IMG/VR virus record: IMGVR_UViG_3300040801_001819
Coordinates: 1-64,000 of that record
DNA length: 64,000 nt
Source: a virus
Reading direction: 5' to 3' (one strand)
Part shown: piece by piece, positions 38,123 to 48,017 of the stretch
Layout of the letters: the number at the start of each line of letters is the position of its first letter
Position numbering within the stretch: position 1 is the stretch's first letter
Made by a program: the position numbers and the translations under genes
Notes under the pieces: generated by a model
What the model was told of the DNA's origin: nothing
Databases searched by the model: none
Seen by the model: only the letters and a program-made list of their open reading frames with translations

Positions 38123-39804
38123 TATATTCCTGCTTTTTCTAATCTAGCTTCTAACTCGGCTATCTTAGCAATTAATAAATCTATATATGCTACGGATTTA
38201 ATACCTTCTTTATCTGTTCTCACAAACTCCGGATGGTTTTCTTCAAGCTCTTGAGCTACTACACCGTAACGTTTTTGACCTTCTTCCTCTTTTAATTCAA
38301 AAGTTTTCCAATCTACAACTATAACCTCTTTAGTATCAACATCTTTTATATTCTTCTTTAATCTCTTATCAGAAGATAATATAAAGTTAGTGGCTGTTAC
38401 TGTACTTGTAAACCTACCTGTACCACTAACATCTAGTTTAAATGTATTATTTGTGTTACCTATTGAAACATTACCGGTAGGATTTATCATCATCGCTTGT
38501 GCACCCGAAGCCATAAAGAATCTTGTGTTAGTAGATGTTATACTTGTTCTAGGAGCTAGTAATAAATCACCTGCTATAAATCCACCTGCACCACCACTAT
38601 CAGCTGCTGCTATTTGACAGTTTACAGCACTTGTATCAATACTAGCTAGTGCAGAGTGAAAAGTAATACCTAAATTTGATGTTGATGAACCTAAATAAAA
38701 CCGTGTTTGAGCTGTCAAGTCATCTACAAATCTACCTGTACCATTAACGTCTAGTTTGTAATTTGGACTAGTAGTCCCGATACCTACATTTCCTGAGCAT
38801 TTGAATGTAGCCACTACTGTATCATAAGTATTATCTGTAATAAAATTACCACCGCCAGAAACAATAGTAACGCTATCTGCTTCATCATTATCTCTAATAC
38901 CTATTAATAAATGTCCAGCTTGTGCACCTTGTATTAAACCGCCAAATGTGCTTCCAGTTATTAAATTATTAGTGTTTATACCTAATGTTTCCGCTTCATT
39001 AAATCCACCAAGTCTAATAGTATTGTTAGCTACTTTAATAGCTGAATGATCATTACCATTAGTTCCTACATCTAACAATGATTGTGGGTTAGTATTCCCA
39101 ATACCTACGTTGCCAGTTGACCTAAACGTTGCTATTGTTGTAGGTACATTAAAACCAGCTTCACCTATAATTTTAAAACCTGTTCGATTTACAGTACCTT
39201 CTTTAAAAGCAGTTATTCTTGCTGCAACGTGATCGTTCCATCCAAACAATATACCTGTTTCTCCTGCTGTATTTGTGCTGTCATATTTTGAGTTTATTAA
39301 CTCAATCATATTATCAGCACTATTTGAATCACCGTAGATATCTAACTTAGCAGAAGGACTAGTAGTCCCGATACCAACGTTGCCACCCAATCCTGCTAAA
39401 ATTAAATTTTGAGTTCCGTTACTACTAAATGTAGAATTAACATAAGCTCCATTTATATCTGCTCCAATTATTATTCTATTATTTCTAATAGAGTTGTTAT
39501 CATATAAAGTTATTGTAGAGCCTGAACCTAAAGTGTTAGATAAATTACCACTAAAACTATCATTTATATCACTTCTTAAATACTTAGGGTCTGTTTGAGA
39601 AGTAATATCAAATGAAGATATGTAACCTGCGCCATTGGTAAGTTGATTGTTGTTTGTAGGTATATTTGAGGCTAGTGCATAAGAATTTGGGTCTAAAGTA
39701 CCATCACCTTTTAGAAATTGAGAAGAATTTCCCCCTTTAGTTCTAAAAAAATTTGATGAAATATAACCATCTATGTCTATATCAAATAATTTTTTTAATG
39801 CCAT
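38122..39804 (-). CDS. tail fibre/spike with C-terminal intramolecular chaperone (peptidase S74) domain
   Basis: Four GNVGIG(T/N)T.P..KLDV.G repeats. The C-terminus reads SSDKRLKKNI...YGVVAQELEENHPEFV...VAYIDLLIAKIAELEARL. Confidence 0.8.
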   Translation of the reverse strand: MALKKLFDIDIDGYISSNFFRTKGGNSSQFLKGDGTLDPNSYALASNIPTNNNQLTNGAGYISSFDITSQTDPKYLRSDINDSFSGNLSNTLGSGSTITLYDNNSIRNNRIIIGADINGAYVNSTFSSNGTQNLILAGLGGNVGIGTTSPSAKLDIYGDSNSADNMIELINSKYDSTNTAGETGILFGWNDHVAARITAFKEGTVNRTGFKIIGEAGFNVPTTIATFRSTGNVGIGNTNPQSLLDVGTNGNDHSAIKVANNTIRLGGFNEAETLGINTNNLITGSTFGGLIQGAQAGHLLIGIRDNDEADSVTIVSGGGNFITDNTYDTVVATFKCSGNVGIGTTSPNYKLDVNGTGRFVDDLTAQTRFYLGSSTSNLGITFHSALASIDTSAVNCQIAAADSGGAGGFIAGDLLLAPRTSITSTNTRFFMASGAQAMMINPTGNVSIGNTNNTFKLDVSGTGRFTSTVTATNFILSSDKRLKKNIKDVDTKEVIVVDWKTFELKEEEGQKRYGVVAQELEENHPEFVRTDKEGIKSVAYIDLLIAKIAELEARLEKAGI

Positions 39805-39810
39805 TTTAGT

Positions 39811-40836
39811 TTACCCTATAGTTATAACTTTATATTGATTTGTTGTAGGTGCTGTATTAAATGATATTCTAATACTATTTGCATTTATTTTTTCTACTTG
39901 AGCTTCTACTTCTGCAAATGGACTAGAGTTTTGATAAATTTGGACTATTACATCAGTGTTAAAATTATGTACTATAGTATAAACTGTAGCAGAACCATTT
40001 CCTATAGTATTAATTAATTTTTTTAAACCATTAACAGTTACATAATTAGCAACAAAAGTTTGTAATGTAGCAGGTGTAACAGCTCTGTCAGTGTCTGTTC
40101 CAGTATTTACTTCTGCCTGAGTGGCTATTTCTATAATTCCTCTTTCTTCTGTAGAAGCATTTACAATATCAGGTATATTTTTATTAACTACTGTCCAATC
40201 AGATAATGAAGCAGGGTTGTTTACTTCTGCTATTAACATATCACCTATTTGGACTGCTTCTGTATAAAAATTACCTGCTACAGTTACAGTGTAAGTATAT
40301 CCTACTAATATTCCAGAAGGAGTAGTATCTAGATTTGGAACATTTGTAGAAGCATTATATCCTCCTATGTATTTTAAAGCTCCTGCTACAGAACTATTAA
40401 CATAATTTCTAACTTCAATTAGTGCATTTTGCACATTAGTTGAAGTATAATCATTACCTGATGAATTAAATGGAACTTCTGATGCATTTTGATCTGCTGT
40501 AGCTCCTGCTTCAATTCCATCTAATTTAGATTTATCAGAGGGACTCATTAAACCTACTAAGGTTGTTGTAGCTATTGGTAGTATCGCATCTGTACCAGTA
40601 TCTGAAAATACAGTTAAAGTAGTTCCATTTCTTGTAAAACTCAAATTTGTAGAACCTGATTCACCTAAATCCAACCATGTTGAAGATAATCTTATATACA
40701 AGGTTTGTTCTGTTGAGTTATAATATATTTGTCCTTCTGATGGAGAAGATGGTGCAGTTGCTAAAACTTGTATTACTGCATTTAATAATTGATTCTTTAC
40801 TAAGTCTATATCTATTAAATAATCTTTTTTTGCCAT
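39811..40836 (-). CDS. tail fibre protein
   Basis: LVGLMSPSDKSKLDGIEAGA and ASTEERGIIEIATQAEVNTGTDTDRAVTPATL are common phage tail-fibre motifs. Confidence 0.6.
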   Translation of the reverse strand: MAKKDYLIDIDLVKNQLLNAVIQVLATAPSSPSEGQIYYNSTEQTLYIRLSSTWLDLGESGSTNLSFTRNGTTLTVFSDTGTDAILPIATTTLVGLMSPSDKSKLDGIEAGATADQNASEVPFNSSGNDYTSTNVQNALIEVRNYVNSSVAGALKYIGGYNASTNVPNLDTTPSGILVGYTYTVTVAGNFYTEAVQIGDMLIAEVNNPASLSDWTVVNKNIPDIVNASTEERGIIEIATQAEVNTGTDTDRAVTPATLQTFVANYVTVNGLKKLINTIGNGSATVYTIVHNFNTDVIVQIYQNSSPFAEVEAQVEKINANSIRISFNTAPTTNQYKVITIG

Positions 40837-40841
40837 TTTGT

Positions 40842-41531
40842 TTAATTTAAATATGCTTTACCTGAAAATGAAGCACTAAATGTTATTATTGTGTTATTAT
40901 TATCTGTATGTTTTATATTTCCTTCTACTTCATCTCCACTAGAACTTACTATAGAAACTGAAGGGAATTTTGATAAATTATGATTAATACTCCAAACTGT
41001 TGCAGGTGTATTTTGTGTAAATTCAAAACTTTTATCATTGCCAATTATATCTACATATTCATGTGTTAATTCGTCTTCAGAAACGACTATATATTTACCT
41101 GCTTGTCCAACCTTACTATTAGGAGTATCACCTAACTCATCATAAGTTAGTGTTCCTGATGCACATTTAGTTCCATCATTATCTCTTTCTACTGTAAAGC
41201 TAAATGTATCAATAGTTTCCGATGTAGTTCCATTTACTACATTTACGTCACAACTATAAAATACACCTGGATTTCCAGAATTTTCTATTGAAAATGAAAA
41301 TGTAAGAGATGTATCAAAAACAATTACCTGAGGTGATACTAATGGAGATGTAACTCCATTTAATGTGTATGTAGCATTGTCATAATCACCTATTAAAGTA
41401 ACAGTTATTGATTCTCCCGCTAATGCTTCTACATTATACTTGTATATTGTAGCACATTCAGTGCTAGTTTCATTAGTTTTTGTGACTTTGTATGTACTAT
41501 CACTTCCTATTGTAATATTAAAATCTGCCAT
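40842..41531 (-). CDS. tail-cluster hypothetical protein (229 aa)
   Basis: Track ORF, co-oriented with neighbours. Confidence 0.5.
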   Translation of the reverse strand: MADFNITIGSDSTYKVTKTNETSTECATIYKYNVEALAGESITVTLIGDYDNATYTLNGVTSPLVSPQVIVFDTSLTFSFSIENSGNPGVFYSCDVNVVNGTTSETIDTFSFTVERDNDGTKCASGTLTYDELGDTPNSKVGQAGKYIVVSEDELTHEYVDIIGNDKSFEFTQNTPATVWSINHNLSKFPSVSIVSSSGDEVEGNIKHTDNNNTIITFSASFSGKAYLN

Positions 41532-41541
41532 TTTATCTTTT

Positions 41542-42279
41542 TTATCCTACAAATATTCCAGAAATATCTGCTATTTGAAATGTAAATCCTTGTAAATCTC
41601 CATCAGTATCTGTTAAATCTGGAACATATGTTAAGAAACCTGCGTCTATATCATCAAAATCAATTACCTCATCAGTTGCTACCTCAATTCCGTTTATAAA
41701 AATCTCTCCAAGAGCAGGCAAGCTAGTTATCTTTAAGTATAATGCTGGATCACCCTCCGGATCAGAAAAAGCAGGAGTTGTAGCTGAAGTAAACATGGCT
41801 CTTGTAAATACCAATGTCTCTCCGTAACCAATAGTTGCTGATCCAGTTCCGACAGTTGATGGTGGTAAATTACTAATTTGATCAGCAACTACCACAGCAA
41901 CAGTTCCAGAAAAAGGACTATATGTACTTGATCCAACATCTGATGTAGTATAAGTGAAATTTTCATTATATCCATCAGTATCTGCTGCATCACATTGATA
42001 TTCCAATTGTCCTGCTATAATCTGTGCTTCAGTAACAATATCATTAGGAGCTGCCGCAATAGAATTTATTGTGAGAGCCCCTTGAGTTGGTAATGTTAGT
42101 ATTTTTACATTCTGAAAAGCATCACCTTCAGGATCTGAATACGCAGGGCTAGCAAGTGTTGTAAAATCAGCAACTGTAAATGTATATAATTCATTATATG
42201 CAAGATTTACAGAAACAGTACCTGGTTGATTAGGTGGTTGATTAGACTCAGCTGCTATACTTAGTGTTATTGTGCCCAT
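41542..42279 (-). CDS. virion protein with two cadherin-like repeats (paralog of 27154..27897)
   Basis: Same two-repeat layout, with SDPEGDAFQNVKILTLPTQG and SDPEGDPALYLKITSLPALG. Confidence 0.6.
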   Translation of the reverse strand: MGTITLSIAAESNQPPNQPGTVSVNLAYNELYTFTVADFTTLASPAYSDPEGDAFQNVKILTLPTQGALTINSIAAAPNDIVTEAQIIAGQLEYQCDAADTDGYNENFTYTTSDVGSSTYSPFSGTVAVVVADQISNLPPSTVGTGSATIGYGETLVFTRAMFTSATTPAFSDPEGDPALYLKITSLPALGEIFINGIEVATDEVIDFDDIDAGFLTYVPDLTDTDGDLQGFTFQIADISGIFVG

Positions 42280-44693
42280 TATTTCTTCGCGCTTGAAGGA
42301 GCTGGTTTATTAGCTACCTTGTTCTTAATTGCTATCTCTTTATCTTTACGAGCCATTTGATCATTATGCTTCTTCATATCCTGAGTTAAAGCCTTCTCTT
42401 TAAGGCCTAGTTCAGCTTGAAACTTCTCGTAATCATCATCATTATCTTCAGGCATTTCTACACCGTTCTCTTCATTAGCCATCTTAATTCTTTCAGTCTC
42501 TTCTTTAAGCTCAGCTATATATCTCTTAGTTTCATCTTCTCTATCAAACTCATAAGCAGATCTTTCTTCATCTCTAAGCTCTTTGGCAGCTTGTTGCTCC
42601 ATTTGAGCTTGAAGTTGTTTTTGTTCCATTTCTCCTTGCTTAGCTTTTTGCTCTTTCATTGATTGCTCATCTTTCTCAATCATTCGTTGTACTTCACGTA
42701 AAGATGGTGAGTTATACATTTTCATAGCAGCAGAGAATGTAATCATTTGGTTTTGTAAACCTAATTGAATCATTCCGTCTAATTTTTGTTGGATTTGATT
42801 TATTCCATCTTCATTAGATACAGCAAGACCATATTCTTCTTCAGCAAATTCATCGCCGTCAATTTCCATGATCTGTCTAGTCATGTCATCAGCAATGTAA
42901 GAGAATTTTAATTCTTGGCCCTTCAGTGCAATCTTAGCTGTCTCAATTAATATTTCGAAACATCTTTTCTTACAGTAATCATGAAGAGTAAATAATTCCT
43001 CAGTAATGTGATTGGACTGAGATACGGCCCTTTCTATACCGCCCATAGTCTCTCTGTTCTCAGTCTGACCTAATCTTTGCCTAGATACGCCCGTGATCTC
43101 GTCCATCTTAGCTGAGGCAAATTCCATCATTTCCATATGGACTTGAATGAAATCTCCAACTCTTTGTTCTAAAACCTTACCAGTTGTATTTCCTACTGAC
43201 CCGGCAAGTTTTCCTTTTGCCATACCTTTCTGTCCTTCTTTAAAACTGTCAACAACAGATATACCAGATTTACGTGCAAAATATAACCATTTTGTTACAT
43301 TCCACCCGGTTGGTATTTTAGCTAGATCTAATTCAACAATAGCACCTAAGTATTTAGATAGCGCTTCATTCACTCTATACCATGATATGTCAAACAGGTA
43401 TTGGAATGGTTTAGCTCTATCAACCATAGACACGGCTTCTTGCTCATTTGTACTATATATCTGGCCAACTATTCCACATGAATTGAATGAAGGCTCATTT
43501 ATTTTATTGTATTGTATTTCTCTTGGTTTGATCTGAACATAAGTATCTTTACCAATCTTAGCGCCTTTCCACCATTGAGTTACCCAGAACTTTTCTGAGG
43601 TCTCACCTTTAGCTTCATCTAAAATATAATCTTCAGATCTAAATTTAATTTGTTTTTTACCTAATGTGTCAAAGTAAGTTATCTTCTGTATTTGCTTCAT
43701 TGACCTCCAGAACATTCTAAGAACTCTTATGTTTCCTGCTCCGTCTGTGTACGTGTTTCTTCCTTGAGATCCACTTCCTGCGAATATCCCAGATGACTCT
43801 ATAAATGAATTTATTGTTTCTCTCTCGTATATTTCCCATCCTTCTTTATCATCAATTGCTAAATTCTCTCCATCTAAATCTGTTCCGTCTCCTTTAAATT
43901 CTCCGTTGTCTAATTTCTTAACATCAGCGTCTTTAAGATCCTCGTAGAATGTATCTTGTATTTTACCAGGGCTCCAGAAGTCATCAATTACAATAACATC
44001 TGCATCTTCTATTTTATTAGAGTATCCTGATCTTAATGTATGTACTTTAAGTGGGTTTAATTTTTCAAATGTAACTTTACCATTTACAATGTCGAACATG
44101 TAAATTTCTTCACCCATAATAAGAGCATCCTTAAAGCCTTGCTGAAACTTAATCTTCATGTTTAGCTTCTCAATGTAGCTACGCATAAGTAAGTTGGCAC
44201 GCTTTTCTCTTAAATCTTGGTAATCAAAGTTTATGTAGTCGCCATATGCTTGAAGTTCCTTGTCTAGTTCTTCATCTGATAAGTCAGACCCAATGAATTC
44301 CTTAATCTTTGCTTGGATCAAGGCCATCTTATCTTTCTTAATTTTAGATACAGTATCTGGATTAGTTATTTGTACAGTCCAATCAAACTTACGCCTTTTC
44401 TCCTCACCAACAAGTACATTAACTCGTGGTGCTATAATTGGATAATGCTGAATAGCATCAGGAATAAAATGTTGTTCCAATCCACCTGGATTAAGAACTA
44501 ACTTCATATCGCGTAAGTCCACCTTACCATTGTAAAGGTCAAGGTTTATTTTCTTTCCTTTAAATTTTCTACGTATAATAGTATTGTTTAAGTAACTGTT
44601 ATGATCGGCCCAGTCTAAGTGGGATTGTCTCCATTTAGGTCCTTTTTGCTTAAAGGACAACTTTTGTCTTGGAAAACTTTTATCTGTTGACAT
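42279..44693 (-). CDS. portal protein (candidate, 804 aa)
   Basis: Lies immediately downstream of the large terminase. The size and the charged helical C-terminus (EQKAKQGEMEQKQLQAQMEQQ) fit a crAss-like portal. Confidence 0.65.
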   Translation of the reverse strand: MSTDKSFPRQKLSFKQKGPKWRQSHLDWADHNSYLNNTIIRRKFKGKKINLDLYNGKVDLRDMKLVLNPGGLEQHFIPDAIQHYPIIAPRVNVLVGEEKRRKFDWTVQITNPDTVSKIKKDKMALIQAKIKEFIGSDLSDEELDKELQAYGDYINFDYQDLREKRANLLMRSYIEKLNMKIKFQQGFKDALIMGEEIYMFDIVNGKVTFEKLNPLKVHTLRSGYSNKIEDADVIVIDDFWSPGKIQDTFYEDLKDADVKKLDNGEFKGDGTDLDGENLAIDDKEGWEIYERETINSFIESSGIFAGSGSQGRNTYTDGAGNIRVLRMFWRSMKQIQKITYFDTLGKKQIKFRSEDYILDEAKGETSEKFWVTQWWKGAKIGKDTYVQIKPREIQYNKINEPSFNSCGIVGQIYSTNEQEAVSMVDRAKPFQYLFDISWYRVNEALSKYLGAIVELDLAKIPTGWNVTKWLYFARKSGISVVDSFKEGQKGMAKGKLAGSVGNTTGKVLEQRVGDFIQVHMEMMEFASAKMDEITGVSRQRLGQTENRETMGGIERAVSQSNHITEELFTLHDYCKKRCFEILIETAKIALKGQELKFSYIADDMTRQIMEIDGDEFAEEEYGLAVSNEDGINQIQQKLDGMIQLGLQNQMITFSAAMKMYNSPSLREVQRMIEKDEQSMKEQKAKQGEMEQKQLQAQMEQQAAKELRDEERSAYEFDREDETKRYIAELKEETERIKMANEENGVEMPEDNDDDYEKFQAELGLKEKALTQDMKKHNDQMARKDKEIAIKNKVANKPAPSSAKK

Positions 44694-44751
44694 ATTTCAT
44701 GTTTTTGTAAAAATAACTCATTTTACTCTTATTGTTGTTGTATTATTATAG

Positions 44752-47100
44752 CTATATCGTACCGCTCTTTTCCCATCCTGCTTTTCTCATTGCTTTGTTC
44801 CAATTTTCATCTAAAAATGGATCATCATGGAAGTGATTAATAGGATCTTCTATCTTATTCTCTTCAAATTTATCTACGTACCTTTTTCTATCCTCTCTAA
44901 GAATCATAACCATATCCATTGCTGAAACTCTATCCGTATTTATATCAGGATTCCAAGCAATAGCTTCTTTTATATAGCCAATACTTCTTATTCTTCTGAG
45001 GTTAGGTACGCTAACAAGGTCAGTATCACCAGTTTCTTCATTAAAAACCTCAAGTTCGTATTGGGATAACATCCATTGTCTTTGTAAGGTTTTACCAAGC
45101 TTGATGACTTCAGCAGTTGTTCTAGTACCTTTAGATCTATTACCATATAATGTTGATTTAATAATTTCCATATCCCTAAGTATCTCCGGACTATCAGCTA
45201 ATAAATGCAATGCATTCTTATTTGAAAAGTAAGTAAATAAACCCTTAAGGTTATTCTCATAATTAGCTTGGGCATTGTAGAACTGCGTAAGTCTTAAGCA
45301 CTGCTCGTAAAAACTGTCTGCTAATACTGGTCTGCCAGTATATTCTGCTACAATCTTATCTGTCCACAAATCAAATACAAATATACTTGCCAAGGATCCA
45401 CCAATTGTATAATCATTATCAATAGGGTCAATTCCTGCTATGTATCTGTTTTGAAATACTCTGCCATCTCTATCTTTTTGTGGCATCTCAAATATCTCAA
45501 CTGCTCCATCAGATGTAGCTCCTTTTACTTTATAAGGATATTCTCTAATTGGGATTAAGTCTTGATCAACTTCCCATTTTACAAATCCCTTTTCATCATA
45601 TGTTAAATTACCAACCCAATGTTCATCAACGAAGCTTTGTAATCTTGGTAATATATCTTCTAAGTAATCTCTTAAGTCTGCAACAGGAAATGCTGTACCC
45701 TGTGTACGCATAATTGCTTCCTGTGGTGTTATAGGTTCCTCAGCTTTCTTTTGTATAATTGCATTAGGATCACTAGATCCGTACTTAACAATTGCTCTTG
45801 CTTTATTGATTTCAATTAAGGCGCCTATTACATCGCTATTTCCATTCTTATCATACTTACCCGTATAGTTTAAATATGTTCCAAAGAAAAATGCGCATTC
45901 ACCTTTTCCAAAAGCATTTCTATCAAACACGTTAGGCATTGAATAGATGTTATGTCCTGCTGAGTTATAGAATATTTCTTCTAATCCCTCAAAGGCTCCA
46001 CCTTCAACACCACCGGTACCACCTGCCATCATGAATCCAAACGCATATCCGGATTCTTCAACTGAAGGTCTAGCAATACCCCAAGCAGTAAGGAAGTCAT
46101 CAAATTTACCTGCTTCTTCCCAGAGTACTAACGCACCCCTTTTACCCCTGGCCTTTTGTGCATCATTCTTTAATGTAACACCGAGAACTTCATTTAGAAC
46201 CCCTACCTCAGTACCAGTTCTTGTGTCTTTGCGCCCCATTCTCCAGTGCATGTCATTTAAGGAATCTTTTAATGAGCGTATACGAGGAAATGGAGTGTGT
46301 GAGGCGCAGAAATCTATTGTTGAGACAAACTTATTTAGTATCCCATCCTTAGTTAAGTATTCCTTTTCATTTGCTATTGCAAAAGACTTAACTTTACTTC
46401 TTGATTTAGTTCTGTCACCTAAGATAAAATTCTTAGCTAACATGGTGCTTGCCTTTACAGAATATCCACAACCCCTTCTTTTTAGATTGGCCCCATGCAT
46501 ACCATGTGCTCTTGCTATTTCTACGTAATGATAGAACCAGTAATCTGCATCATACACAAAAGGAAACGCTTCAACTCTGTCTGATTGTTTTGTTCCGTCA
46601 ACAACTTCTGCTCTTAATAATGGCGCGTAGTTTAACTGAAAATAATAATTACCAGGTATCCATTCACCATCGCTTTCTCTTATATATCCTTCTCTGCAAC
46701 GTCTAGCTTCTTCAGCCCAGAACTTATAATACTCAGAGTTTGGATTCTGATTTGGAAACAACTTTGTATAACATCCGTGTTTCTCAAAATGAATAGCAGC
46801 AGGTCTAAAATACTCCATGTCTTCTAAGACATGCGGATTAGTAAGATCAACAGCTATCCTTCCATTAGGATCTAATTTTCTTACAGACATATTTGGATCA
46901 TCAGACTTTAATGGCAAGAGAGGATTCTCCCATCTTTCTAGATCCTTAAGCCTAGGCCTTGTAGGGCTGGCTAAGTTTTGAATAAACTGAATTGAATCTA
47001 TATCAGCTAAGAGGTCATCTCTTTCTTCCCTCTTCATTCCAATAAGCAACTCCTCAGTTAACTCTGTCTGTGTTTCATTAAATTCCCTCATTGGTATCAA
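44752..47100 (-). CDS. terL: terminase large subunit
   Basis: 782 aa. It has a Walker-B-like LVLWEEAGKF and a nuclease Asp cluster (IAGIDPIDND), and lies upstream of the portal. Confidence 0.75.
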   Translation of the reverse strand: MIPMREFNETQTELTEELLIGMKREERDDLLADIDSIQFIQNLASPTRPRLKDLERWENPLLPLKSDDPNMSVRKLDPNGRIAVDLTNPHVLEDMEYFRPAAIHFEKHGCYTKLFPNQNPNSEYYKFWAEEARRCREGYIRESDGEWIPGNYYFQLNYAPLLRAEVVDGTKQSDRVEAFPFVYDADYWFYHYVEIARAHGMHGANLKRRGCGYSVKASTMLAKNFILGDRTKSRSKVKSFAIANEKEYLTKDGILNKFVSTIDFCASHTPFPRIRSLKDSLNDMHWRMGRKDTRTGTEVGVLNEVLGVTLKNDAQKARGKRGALVLWEEAGKFDDFLTAWGIARPSVEESGYAFGFMMAGGTGGVEGGAFEGLEEIFYNSAGHNIYSMPNVFDRNAFGKGECAFFFGTYLNYTGKYDKNGNSDVIGALIEINKARAIVKYGSSDPNAIIQKKAEEPITPQEAIMRTQGTAFPVADLRDYLEDILPRLQSFVDEHWVGNLTYDEKGFVKWEVDQDLIPIREYPYKVKGATSDGAVEIFEMPQKDRDGRVFQNRYIAGIDPIDNDYTIGGSLASIFVFDLWTDKIVAEYTGRPVLADSFYEQCLRLTQFYNAQANYENNLKGLFTYFSNKNALHLLADSPEILRDMEIIKSTLYGNRSKGTRTTAEVIKLGKTLQRQWMLSQYELEVFNEETGDTDLVSVPNLRRIRSIGYIKEAIAWNPDINTDRVSAMDMVMILREDRKRYVDKFEENKIEDPINHFHDDPFLDENWNKAMRKAGWEKSGTI

Positions 47101-47632
47101 ATATTCCTACAATCTTATTGCCAGATTGGGCTTTTAATTCTTTTTCCTTTATAATCTCCTTTTCAATTTCATTAAGAGCTTTAATTAGCTTTGGTATTTT
47201 TTCAACAGAAGCTGTTATCTTGTTAATGTCATGAATAGGTTTATTTGTTCTTAAATCTCTCTCATTGATATCAATAGTATCTAAGAAAGATGATATTTTT
47301 TCAATTACACCACGAGTACTTTCTAATAATTTAGTGCTAGTTGTCTCAGACAATCTCTTGTAATAAACTATTGCTTCATCTATATACTTAGGCTTTATCC
47401 AATCTTCTCCTAAGTCTATATCTAAGCAGACCTGATCATGTCTTTCTTCTTCATCAAGTATATACATATAATCAGATCTTTCATCTGCCATATAATACAC
47501 ATAAGACAACTCTTGAGTTGCCTGAAACTTGTCTTTGGATTTATCACAATCCCATATTTCCCTAAAAGGCTTAATCATTAACGCTTGTGGCGAAAATGTA
47601 ACCTTATTGTTTACAATTTCAAATACATTCAT
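47078..47632 (-). CDS. hypothetical protein upstream of terL (possible small terminase subunit)
   Basis: Position only; it overlaps the terL start by 23 nt. Confidence 0.3.
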   Translation of the reverse strand: MNVFEIVNNKVTFSPQALMIKPFREIWDCDKSKDKFQATQELSYVYYMADERSDYMYILDEEERHDQVCLDIDLGEDWIKPKYIDEAIVYYKRLSETTSTKLLESTRGVIEKISSFLDTIDINERDLRTNKPIHDINKITASVEKIPKLIKALNEIEKEIIKEKELKAQSGNKIVGIFDTNEGI

Positions 47633-47653
47633 TTCTTTCCTCTCTTTTTATTG

Positions 47654-47727
47654 TGGTATTAAATGGAATCGAACCATTGACACCCCACGGCTTCAACATG
47701 GTGCTCTACCTACTGAGCTATAATACC
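47654..47727 (-). tRNA. tRNA-Phe (anticodon GAA)
   Basis: Hand-folded cloverleaf on the minus strand. Acceptor GGTATTA/TAATACC; D arm GCTC-AGTAGGTA-GAGC; anticodon arm CCATG-TTGAAGC-CGTGG; T arm AATGG-TTCGATT-CCATT. No encoded CCA. Confidence 0.8.
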
Positions 47728-47944
47728 AAATAACAGTGGGCGAGGAGTATTTTTTGACAACTTTGCCTCCCCGCGAATCACTGTTGATGTTACACAGGCG
47801 CCGCATCTTAACCATATTTTACAACTATAGCTTGCGGCATTCTGTGTTGATTTTAATACTGTTGCAGGTTACAATCCGACTGTAACGCACAATGCTTTCA
47901 CATTAGCTCTGCCACCTGAGACTTACTGCATTAGATTTTATTAG

Positions 47945-48017
47945 TAGCGTGTCTCAGATTTGAACTGAGGATCTCTGGGATATGAACCCAGCGAGATGGC
48001 CGCTTCTCTAACACGCA
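47945..48017 (-). tRNA. tRNA-Met (anticodon CAT), initiator-like
   Basis: Hand-folded. D stem GAGA/TCTC; anticodon arm CTGGG-TTCATAT-CCCAG; T arm CTCAG-TTCAAAT-CTGAG. Acceptor positions 2-7 pair, while 1:72 is U-U. It abuts the HNH stop codon. Confidence 0.75.

Noticed and set aside
47529-47723. Plus-strand 64-aa ORF
   Set aside because: It overlaps tRNA-Phe and the 5-prime end of the 184-aa gene in antisense.
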